Below, one piece after another: positions 54,150 through 64,000 of a stretch of 64,000 nt of DNA (its first letter is position 1; each line of letters begins with the position of its first letter). The translations under genes were made by a program, and so were the position numbers. A model generated the notes under the pieces. It saw only the letters and a list, made by a program, of their open reading frames with translations. It was not told the origin of the DNA and searched no databases. This DNA comes from Cenococcum geophilum (lineage: Eukaryota), in NCBI GenBank assembly GCA_050273025.1, contig CP158636.1, forward strand, positions 11,780,001-11,844,000. The letters run 5' to 3'.

Positions 54150-55712
54150 AGGCTTTATATAGAGCTTCGTGTAGAGCCTCTATATATAGAGCTTCGTGCA
54201 GAGCCTTATATAGAGCTTCGTATAGAGCTTCGTATAGAGCCTTATACAGAGCCTTATACAGAGCTTTTATATATAGAGCTTTGTATAGAGCCTCGTATAG
54301 AGCCTTGTATAAAGCTTTATATAAAGCTTTATATAGAGCTTTATATAGAGCTTCGTGCAGAGCTTTTATATATAGAGCTTTATATAGAGCCTCGTATAAA
54401 GCCTTATGCAAAGCTTTATATAAAGCTTTATGTAAAGCTTTATATAGAGCTTTATATAGAGCTTTATATAGAGCTTCGTATAGAGCTTTATATAGAGCTT
54501 TATATAGAGCTTTATATAGAGCTTCGTATAAAGCATTATATAGAGCTTTATATAAAGCCTTATATAGAGCCTTAGTACGCAGAGCTTTGTATAGAGCCCG
54601 TAGAGCCTTATATAAAGCTTTATATAGAGCTTCATGCAGAGCCTTATATAGAGCTTTATATAGAGCTTTGTGTAAAGCCTTATACAGAGCCTCTATATAT
54701 AGAGATTTATATAAAGCCTTGTATAGAGCCTTGTGTAAAGCTTTATATAGAGCTTTATATAGAGCTTTATATAGAGCTTTATATAGAGCTTTATATAGAG
54801 CTTCGTATAGAGCTTCGTGTAGAGCTTTGTATAGAGCTTTATGTAGAGCTTCGTGTAGAGCTTTGTATAGAGCTTTATATAGAGCCTCGTGTAGAGCCTT
54901 ATGTAAAGCTTTATATAAAGCTTTATATAGAGCTTTATATAGAGCTTTATATAGAGCCTTGTGTAGAGCCTTATATAAAGCTTTATATAAAGCTTTATAT
55001 AGAGCTTTGTATAGAGCATCGTGCAAAGCTTTATATAAAGCTTTGTGTAGAGCATCGTGTAAAGCTTTATATAGAGCTTCGTATAGAGCTTTATACAGAG
55101 CTTTGTATAAAGCCTTATATAGAGCCTTAGTACGTAGAGCTTCGTATAGAGCTTTATATAGAGCTTTGTGTAGAGCTTTATATAGAGCTTTATATAGAGC
55201 TTCGTATAGAGCTTTGTATAGAGCTTCGTATAGAGCTTCGTATAGAGCTTTATATAGAGCTTTGTATAGAGCTTTGTATAGAGCTTTATATAGAGCTTCG
55301 TATAGAGCTTTATATAGAGCTTTGTATAGAGCTTCGTGCAGAGCTTTATATAAAGCTTCGTGCAGAGCTTTGTATAGAGCTTTATATAGAGCCTTATGTA
55401 AAGCTTTATATAGAGCTTTATATAAAGCTTCGTATATAAATTCGTGCAAAGCTTTGTGTAGAGCCTTATGTGGAGCCTTATATAAAGCTTTATATAGAGC
55501 TTTATATAGAGCCTTATACACAAATTCGTATAAAGCTTTGTATAGAGCCTTATATAGAGCCTCTATACGCAGAGCTTTATATAAAGCTTTATATAGAGCC
55601 TTATACAAAGCTTTGTATAGAGCTTCGCGCAGAGCTTTATATAGAGCTTTATATAGAGCTTCGTACAAAGCTTTATATAGAGCTTTATATAAAGCCTCAT
55701 ACAGAGCCTCTA
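54150..55712 (+). repeat. 12-bp satellite (TATAGAGCTTTA, RIP form of the 44728 array), about 1.56 kb
   Basis: Directly visible; source of the long low-complexity ORFs in the track. Confidence 0.97.
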
Positions 55713-58559
55713 TATTAGGATTTTTTTTTAGGTATATTATTGTAAGTGAAAATCGGGGTCTACAAAACCTGCAGGCGTAAGTCGCAATTTTAGTATTTGC
55801 GGCAATTTATAGCAATTTGCTACAAACACATAGATAGGGCAGGCGCGTGCATAGGTAGCCTATATATTTGTAGCAAATTGCTGCAAATCGCCACAAATTG
55901 CCAAAATTGCGACTTTCGCAGGTTTTGCAGACCCCGATTTTCGTTTGCAATAACGTGCCTAAAAAAAATTTCCTAATAAAGCGCATCTCCTGCGTGTCCT
56001 ATAGACCATTGCGGTCCTAGCTGGCCACGGAAAAAGCCTGTTCCCTATAGTATGGAATCCAGTAGCCTCCAATACTTTAAATAGTGCGCACCTGCGAGCC
56101 GCTAAGATCTAAATCTAATTCTTTTACTAGTAATTAAGAAATAAACCCTATACTCGCGCCGCTATCTATAAGGTAGTCTTGCGTTACCTATTTATTATTA
56201 ACTTAAATAGAGACAGGAATAACTATACGGCAGTTTACTCCCTCCTTCTCTTGCTGGCCTAGTGTAAGGGAGTAAAGATCTACTAGGCTGTCTCTTTTCC
56301 CGATTAGGCCGACTCTTACTTCTTTTGCCGGCAGAAGCGGCTTATATAGCCCTTCTTACCGCAGTTATAATAGGTATATGTCTCCCGGTTTCCCTCCTAC
56401 GGATTAAGTCTCTACCTATTGTTATTTTAGGGTTAACTAGCGTTACTCTAGGGCTGCGAGGCCTGCTCGCGTTATTCTTCCGTAGAGCGGTTAGGTCGGA
56501 ATCTGCCCCTATTATTAAAGCTAGGTCTAGTCCTACGCTCTTTATCGTTGGCGTCTCGTTCCTTTTACTTACCTAGATAGTCTCTTTTAACACTCTTAAT
56601 CTAAGTAGCTTTAGAGATAAGCTTTTCTTAAAAGGTAGGAATTTCGCCCTTTTCTTATATGGCCTGTTAAATCTTAGGCCGTAGCTTAGCAAGTAGCTGG
56701 TGAAGTTATATAGCGTTATCCTATAGATCTAAGTAGGGTATATTGTCTTCTAGTTCTTCTAAGTAGTTTATAAACTAGACCATAGTCTAACCATCCCGCT
56801 ATTTAGCGTTATAGTATTGCTAGTTGTAGTCTATCCCTTAATTAGTAGGGTTTTAGACCTAATTAACTAACCAGGTCCTAAGTTCGCTAAATTTAAGGGG
56901 TATAGTAAGTTTCTTCTTATAGCGTATCTATAAACTCTTAACGGTGCTACGTAGGAAGGTAGAAGTAATTAGTGTCTAATTATACTTATTAGAGTAATAT
57001 TTCGGATCCAGCCGAAACTTAGTTTTATATTATTAGATAAAACGATTACAGTTCTAAAGACTATCACTATAATACTTATTAGGTTCCTTTATACAGAATT
57101 TAAGGTTTTCTAATATTATAGCATAGTATGGCGTTACCCCTTTAAGTCCGCTTTATGTCTAGGGTGTCTATACTTTCCCTAATTGTCCTTATAATTATTC
57201 TTAGTAGTCTTAATATACTTATCTTAATTATATCTCTAACTCCTTTATTTTTTATAGGGTCTCATATAGCGACTGCTCTAATAACTCCCTAGCGGTAATC
57301 GTTCCTAAGGGTCTCACAAGGTTAGACGGACCAGCCGTGGCTTCTTTATAGGAAGAGGGAATGCGCTCCTCTAGGGAGACTCTTTAAGCCTCTTACGGTG
57401 AGGGCGTTGCTTCGTAGGGTATAGGAGTATAGTTCGTTATTATTAATTAATAGCCGTACGTTCCTAACGGATTATAAGCAATTAGAATTATAAGAGGCTA
57501 GCTTAACCAAAACGTATAATTATCTAATTAACAGTGTCACTAATAAGTAGAAGGTAAGTCAAAGGTAAATAAAAGGTAAGTTAAGGGTAGAATAAGTTTT
57601 ATATATTAAAGGATAAATGCTTCTAACCACTTCTATTTAGAGACTAATTGCTAATTCTTCTCTAGAGGAGAACTAGCTCCCTATATAATCTTTCTAAGAC
57701 GCTAGCAAAACCCTTTACCCCTTATCTGTCTAACCATGTCTTTTAGGACGTAGATGGAACATAGATAAGACCTCCTTCTGGAACATAGATGAGACCTCCT
57801 TCTGGAACATAGATGAGACCTCCTTCTGTCTTATCTAATATGTACCTTCTAGGGAATTCCGTTATATAAATTTAAGGTGGCCAACCCTAGGCTCCTATTG
57901 TATTAATCTATTTAATTATAGAGTCCTCCTCAATAACTAAGAGTTTTTAAAGCTTTTGGTGATACTCCTTGCTTAATTAGCGGCCGTTGCGACAATGGTA
58001 AACAGAAGAAGGTAATAGACCGTATATTCGGGCAAGCAAACGGGCAGACTAATTAGGATTGGCTTCCAATAATTAAAGAACAACTTGCATTCGATCTTCT
58101 TGGTCAAGCGACAGCAATTGGGGGGTAGTAGAGGACATGGTGGTGTAGTAAAGGAGTATTTTGATGTTTTGATTTTGATTTTGGTAGGAGGTCCGTGCAT
58201 TGTCTCGGGTGGGTGGCTGTTTCGTTTGGGTGGCTAAGACGTTATTCCCGATAGCCTCTACACGTGCCTCTGCCAAGTATACCCCTATATACACCTAGGT
58301 AGCCACCTCATTTTTTACCCTTCCTTACATCCTCCCTACCTAGGAAGACATCAGAACAACAGCCAGCAGACGACTATCGCCGGAGCTAGACGACCGTCGT
58401 CAGAGCTAGACGACTGTCGCCGGAGCCAGATGACCGTCGCCAGAGCTAGACGACCGTCGTCATCGCCACACGACCGTCGCCAGAGCCACACGACAACCGT
58501 TCAAACGACCAGCCAGCGAACACGATAAACGATTCGATCGATCGATCGAACCAAGGTGA

Positions 58560-58762
58560 CATAGACAGGTAGGCACAGACAGGTAGGCACAGACAGGTAG
58601 GCACAGACAGGTAGGCACAGACAGGTAGGCACAGATAGGTAGGCATAGACGGGTAGGTATAGACGGACAGACAGGTAGGTAGGCAAGCAGGCAGGTAGGC
58701 AGGCAGGTAGGCAGGCAGGTAGGTAGGCAGGCAGGCAGGCAGGCAGGTAGGTAGGTAGGTAG
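58560..58762 (+). repeat. 14-bp (ACAGACAGGTAGGC) and 4-bp (AGGC/AGGT) repeats in element X
   Basis: Directly visible; inverted counterpart at 52890-53035. Confidence 0.9.
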
Positions 58763-58903
58763 ATGATTTAGAGCCTCTGCGAGAGGCTTCCCCCTTGACG
58801 CCTAAAGTAGATAGCTCTATATTTTATATAGTTATAATATAAATATATTTAAAAGTATATTATAGAAATCTATGGGAATATGTAATAATTTGGTTATTAT
58901 ATA

Positions 58904-60748
58904 ACGTGTTTTATCACCGAGTCGACATTATTACCGAGTCGACACTTTTTCGCCGGCGACTTGACGGCAACTCGAATTACATAACGCAACAACTAAAAAA
59001 TAGAATTATTGTAATTAAATATTATTTATTAAAACCTTCGCTATTAGATATATTCTTAATTTTAGTAGTATAAGTGCGGGAATTGTGTCCTGTTTTGCCG
59101 TAAGTGCCATAGTGCCTCTCTGCTCGCACCCTCTTTGACGGCCCTTTACCGGCGTTATAACTACTACCTATATTTTTAGCTAGTAAGTTAACTACTTTTC
59201 TAACCGTTAGAGTCTCCTTATTCTATATATACCGCCTTTTATAGCTTTTTTACTTTACCTTTATATTAGCGGCTTCTTAAAGTTAGGTAATTTCCTCGCG
59301 TATTAATACCATTTTATAGGTAATCTATTAAGCGCCTTTAGCAAGCTACGTAATTATTTTATTAATAGAACTTACTAGTAACCTATAGTAATTTCTAATT
59401 TTATTATAAACTAGCTTTAATTATAACTCTATTTTATTAGTATTATATAGTGTTTTTAGTTCCTAGGCAGTATACTAGGGTATAGGTGGAGTTAGCGTAC
59501 GCAGTTATATATTAAGCTTTAATATTATAACGTCTAGATTAAGTAGGACTAGCCTAGCGCCTTTAAAGCCTGCTTAAATATTGTCCTCTATAAAGGCTTT
59601 ATTATATACTATTTTAAATACTAGTAAAAAGTCTTCTTTAGCAATATATATAATCCGGTTACGTGCTAAAGCTAAGATCTTATTACTATATACGTGTTTT
59701 AACGGCAAGAAGTAGGCAATATTAAGGGGTTATAGTAGGTATAATAAATATAGAGGTATATAGAGAGTAATAATCTTCTTTTCCTTATAAAGATCCTAGA
59801 ATTTAAGTAAGTAATAGCTTTTATATCCATTAATAATAAGAAGCCTATACGCTCTAGCCTAAAGGCGACTTAAATGCGTATTAAAGTAGTATAGCCAGCT
59901 AACCGTAAGGTTGTTATTAGTCTAGCTAAAAGGGCTAACTATAATAACCTAGTTATAAGGCAGATCTTTAAACTAAGTTAAAATAAGGACCTTACCCGCG
60001 AAAATAATAAAGGGTAAAATTTGCTTCCCTGTTAACCTGACGCCTTATATTAGAGTAACCCACTCCTAATTACTAGGCTATAATTTCTTGTATTTACTAG
60101 GTTTATTAGCCCCTATAATAATAAGCTAAGGTATAATTTTACCTATTATAAACCCCAACTTATTAAAATTATAGGTATCTTTATTAAGGATGCCGTACTT
60201 AAGCTTAATTAATTAAATAAGTATAAACTAGGGATAGATAACTACTAGGTCCTTATAGGCGGCTTACTAGTAGTTATATAGTTAGGTCCATCTTATTTTA
60301 AGCTTAGGTCTATAGTATATAAAGCGGTTAACCTAGTACTTACTAATAGGCTTCTAACCCCGCTCTTCTAGTAGTTTATTAGCTATATCTTATACTAAGT
60401 CCTTTAAGGGCGGTATTTTACGTATATTGTTATTAAGTATATACTATATAATTATCTACTTTTTAAGGGGAGTTATTTATTTTAAGTTCGGTTTATAGTT
60501 ATATTAAGGGTGTTATCCGGCGAGTTGGTTATAGAGTATTATTTACAGTACGTTATAGATTTTAGAAGCGCGTTTTTTTATTTTAACTTAGTATAAATTA
60601 AAAGCTAAGATAGTAAGCTGTATTAAGCCTTTAGTATAAGCTAAATTTACGTTACATTATGGTGCTATTACGTGTTGCGTTTACGCGTCGGGTCGCAGGC
60701 AAAGAAGTGTTAACTCAGTAATAATGTCGACTTAGTAATGAAACACGT
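58904..60748 (-). mobile_element. Fot1/pogo DNA transposon 2 (1845 bp), heavily RIPped
   Basis: TIR ACGTGTTT.ATCACCGAGTCGACATT; TA TSDs; empty site visible in X copy 2 (~52745-52760); degraded DDE motifs and C-terminal Cys/His knuckle ~59080-59120. Confidence 0.93.
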
Positions 60749-61095
60749 TAATATAATTATAATTTATATAGTTACAATTTATATAGTTACAATTTATATA
60801 GTTACAATTTGTATAGTTTTTACAATTCGTATAGTTTTTACAATTCGTACAGTTTATACAATTTGTATAGTTTGCGCACTATTTATTTATAGGGTAGCGT
60901 TTTGCCGCAATTTGCTATTAGATACTGTAAACTTATTATAAAACGCGTAAATTGCTATTAGGGTGCTGTAAACTTGTTGCAAAACGTGCGTTTTGCGCAA
61001 ATTGCTATCAACCATATACATCTGCCGCGATCGTACGGTTTGCGGCAATTTGCCGCAAACCGCAACAACGACCCCAAAAAAAAATTTCCTGATGC

Positions 61096-61425
61096 TGTAA
61101 GAGGCCAGCCTGACCGGAACGTATGATTATCTAATCGACAGTGTCACCGGTAAGTAGAAGGTAAGTCGAAGGTAAATAGAAGGTAAGTTAAAGGTAGAAT
61201 GAGTTTCACGTATTGAAGGACAAATGCTTCTGACCACTTCTATTCAGAGACTAATCGCTGGTTCTTCTCTAGAGGAGAACCAGCTCCCTATATGATCTTT
61301 CTAAGACGCTAGCAAAACCCTTTGCCCCTTATCTGTCTGACCGTGTCTTCTGGGACGTAGATGGAACATAGATGAGACCTCCTTCTGTCTCATCTGATAT
61401 GTACCTTCTGGGGAATTCCGTTACA
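61096..61425 (-). mobile_element. Solo LTR of the Gypsy 2 family (330 bp)
   Basis: Matches 46532-46909 with one instead of three 24-bp repeats; TSD GATGC (61091-61095, 61426-61430). Confidence 0.96.
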
Positions 61426-62082
61426 GATGCCCCCTAGCTGCTTATAATCCTACCCACAAAATATAACCCTAATACCATAGTAGTAGTATTTTTAAAATTA
61501 TTAATAATATAACGTATCCCGCCTTTACGTCGCTATATCGGCCAAAAAGATAGCAATACTTATAAATCTATTGCGATTGTGGCGGGATCTAATATATATA
61601 CTCTTATAAATAACTATACGATTTTTATTTTTATTAATTTTATTTAAATATTTAGATATTTAGGTATAAGTTATAGAGTAAAGTAGTAAAAATTAAATAA
61701 CTATTTAGTTTTCTTAACTTATTAAAGAGATATACGGCTATATATAGGTAAATTTTATATATAAAGTGAATTTACATTAAGCTGTTTAGCATTGAGCAAG
61801 TCACGGCCAAGCGCCCTGCTCCCGGTCAGTGCGGCGAATACTGTGCCTATCCCTAATTTAAGTGACGTAGCACCCAATCAATGCCTGCGCAATTGTTCAG
61901 CTGGATGCTTTGGGGGTGGCTGAAACGCGGCGTGTATCACATCCGTGCGATCAGCCGCTGGGGCACTTGAACGTAGGCCAATCAGACATATGCCCCAGAC
62001 CACTGTGTGGGCGCATTCCTGTATATAATAGTCTTGTCTCTCGCTTCTTACTGTCAACTATTTTCCTATACGCAGTAATTCA

Positions 62083-63373
62083 ATGCACGAATCACTCGGC
62101 ATCTTTTGGCAGCTGTATGCTGCGATTGTTTCACTGCTTGTCCTTCCGGCCCAAGCCTTTAAACGCACCGTTGGCCCACCGGATGATCCCAGATTCGGGC
62201 AAGCTTCGAAAGTTTGCAATGGCAGTGATCCCGCAAGTTTTAAATTTGGCACATGTTCAGTTCTCATTTCTTGCGTATTTGATACTCTTCCAGAGGCCTT
62301 GAAGGCGAGCTTGAGTAGTGGTACTAGTATTGCTGCACTTCTACCTACGATTCTAGCATCAATTGGTAAGCCAAGCCTTCCGGCCCTCATCCCCCAATCA
62401 ATATACTTATGGGAAATACTATGAAATGTTAACTATTATTTTTACAAGGCTCGCCACCACTTGAGCTCGTACAGCTTGCTCTCCTGTCACCCCACCGCGC
62501 CCTAGCCACGTGTTGCTTCAGCATCGGCCTCCCGAGCGGGCTCTTCCGACAGCTAAAACCAGAGTCGAGAGTACGGGAGTGGACCGTAGTCTTACCAATA
62601 CTAAGCCCAACGCGATGGCACAATCTCTCGGCAAAACTGATTATCGATTCACTCATTATCACTCTAGCGAGTATTATGTTGTGGCAAAATTGGATCGTCA
62701 CTAGCTTTACAATGGTTCCGTGGCGCTGCGAGTATTCCTGGTTGTTATTTGCCTGGTGAGCACAAGCATACAACAAACGTAACTATTCCATCTTAGCTTT
62801 CTTGACATAATCTCTAGGCCCATTGCATGCATAACTTGGCTTATCATAGCTGTCACTCTGCTCCACCTAATTAAGGAGTCTATGGAAATTTGTCACGCTG
62901 AAGACCCATCCGTGCGGTACCGTATGTGGGAACTCATGTTACTTCCCTACACATTCGGCCTTGACCGCTTTCCGCAACGACAAATTGGCCTACCAACACT
63001 CCCCACCCACGAGGAAGGGATAAAGACCGCCGCGATATCTCAAACGGAGCTCAGAGATCCAGATAATAACTCAGAGGTTATCCACCGACACTACCCTCAC
63101 GCTCTACTAGCGCCTGCAGTCAAGCGTAGCGATACTGTAATTTCGTATGGTGGGAACTGCGTCATCGTCCGTATCACGATGCCCTCAAACTATGGACCTC
63201 GTAGCTGGCGCTGGTATGAAGCTTTCATTGAGTCTCTAGCTGTAGGGATTTATCTCTACGCAACATTCGTATTAACGAGCACACTATTCCTGAACGCTGA
63301 TAAGGCAATTATCTATTCTACTGTCATGACAGTTTGTTTAAGTGCAGTAAGGATTTTAACGACATTGTTTTAG
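62083..63373 (+). CDS. Uncharacterised multi-pass membrane protein, 381 aa, 3 exons (62083-62365, 62449-62755, 62818-63373)
   Basis: Introns GTAAGC..AAG and GTGAGC..TAG join into one stop-free 1146-nt frame; hydrophobic N-terminus and several hydrophobic segments; balanced GC and no obvious RIP. Confidence 0.85.
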
Positions 63374-63528
63374 CGAGGTACAAAGGAACAAGGCTCTTAT
63401 TGTACGTAACGGATAGTATAGTTGTATCCTTCTATAGGATATACTGGTGTTTGGAATAGAAGCGTATTAGGCGTTTTTCTAGTCTTCCCTATTATCTTCT
63501 CTTAGCAAACTGGAATATCTATCACATA

Positions 63529-63570
63529 TCGCGGTTACGACCCGGGTTAATACGAGGTTAGGGCCACCCC
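63529..63570 (-). mobile_element. Terminus of another Crypton-A-family copy
   Basis: CGCGGTTACGACCCGGGTTAATACGAGGTTAGGGCCACCCC is the near reverse complement of 28378-28418. Confidence 0.7.
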
Positions 63571-64000
63571 CAGAGTTGCGGAGGATAGGCCGGATAGGCC
63601 TCTCGGATAATAGACCTATCAGCTGATAGTATCCGGAGACTATCCGGATAGTCTCCGGATAGTCTCCGGATAGTCTTAGCAAAATTACCTTAATATACTT
63701 ATACTTGCGATGCAACCCCCAATATTAAATAAATAATTTTTCTATTAATATAGATTTATAGAGCTTGCAAAGCGCTTTAAAATGGTACCACTTTTATCTA
63801 AATATCCTAAGGATAAGTAATATTATATAGATATAAAGCTTATAAGAGCTCTGCAAGATAAGGCTTACGGGGAGTCGCGTACGGAGCTCTGCACGAAGCT
63901 CTGCACAAAGCTTTTATATAAAGCCTCCGTAGTAGAGCCGTCGTACGCAGAACCGTCATACGCAGAGCCGTCATGCAGAGCCTCCATATACAGAGCTTCG
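63571..64000. mobile_element. End of a hAT-like element followed by X-like satellite units, runs off the window
   Basis: CAGAGTTGCGGAGGATA resembles the termini at 36262 and 16090; subterminal CCGGATA repeats; GAAGCTCTGCAC units from ~63845. Confidence 0.65.

Larger units (their letters stand above)
52436..55978 (-). mobile_element. Non-coding TIR element X, copy 2 (3.5 kb, expanded satellites)
   Basis: CATCAGGAAAAATTTT...AAATTTCCTAATA (RIP form); AA on both flanks; removing it plus one AA restores the Gypsy frame DTQEMRFYAAEIKRYDLVLG. Confidence 0.92.
46532..57866 (-). mobile_element. Ty3/Gypsy chromovirus 2 with an extra 3' region, split by element X copy 2
   Basis: TSD TAAAT (46527-46531, 57867-57871); 378-bp LTRs 46532-46909 and 57489-57866; PPT 46910-46925; gag CCHC ~56330-56375, RT ~51600, RNase H TDASG ~51135, integrase, chromodomain ~48900-49050. 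Confidence 0.95.
45079..58242 (-). mobile_element. Fot1/pogo DNA transposon 1 (about 1.8 kb of own sequence), split by Gypsy 2
   Basis: ~70-bp TIR ACGTCTTAGCCACCCAAACGAAAC...; TA TSDs 45077-45078 and 58243-58244; transposase from ATG ~58139 with DEKG, LILDG, HLLQPLDV motifs. Confidence 0.95.
44487..61094 (+). mobile_element. Non-coding TIR element X, copy 1 (own sequence 44487-45078, 58245-58903, 60751-61094; about 1.6 kb)
   Basis: Ends CATCAGGAAATTTTT / AAAATTTCCTGATG; CC flanks once the solo LTR at 61096 is removed; pieces are the reverse complement of 52436-55978. Confidence 0.85.

Noticed and set aside
54076..55780. 530-aa and 549-aa ORFs (ALYK/ALYR repeats)
   Set aside because: Open on both strands only because the 12-bp satellite lacks stops in those frames; array length differs between copies.
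52436..61094. One large element with ~1.7-kb TIRs
   Set aside because: TSDs and empty-site comparisons show two separate, oppositely oriented X copies at different nesting levels.
61910..62776. Track ORFs 61910-62302, 62058-62390, 62429-62776, 62510-62704
   Set aside because: Alternative-frame or antisense shadows of the 3-exon gene.

Overview
Fungal (filamentous ascomycete) AT-rich block, about 61.8 kb of nested transposable elements plus one apparently intact host gene. The elements are degraded by RIP (TpA excess; in-frame stops read as TAA/TAG from CAA/CAG/CGA/TGG). Most boundaries can be fixed from TSDs and termini. Contents: three GalEa-type Copia copies inserted in one hAT relic; a gag-only GalEa element; two chromodomain-type Gypsy elements and three solo LTRs; a full-length and a 5'-truncated Tad1-like LINE; two Crypton (tyrosine recombinase + GCR1_C-like) pseudogenes plus a third Crypton end; a complete hAT; two Fot1/pogo elements; MITEs; and two copies of a non-coding CATCAGG...CCTGATG element with 2-bp TSDs and expandable satellite arrays. 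The host gene is a 3-exon membrane-protein gene at 62083-63373. The most unusual signals are a spliced antisense Cys-rich gene inside a Gypsy element, a double-hairpin module with a compensatory base change shared by Copia and Gypsy 3' regions, and the three-terminus satellite-carrying element. All protein readings are manual translations with RIP changes reverted by eye; no searches were run.
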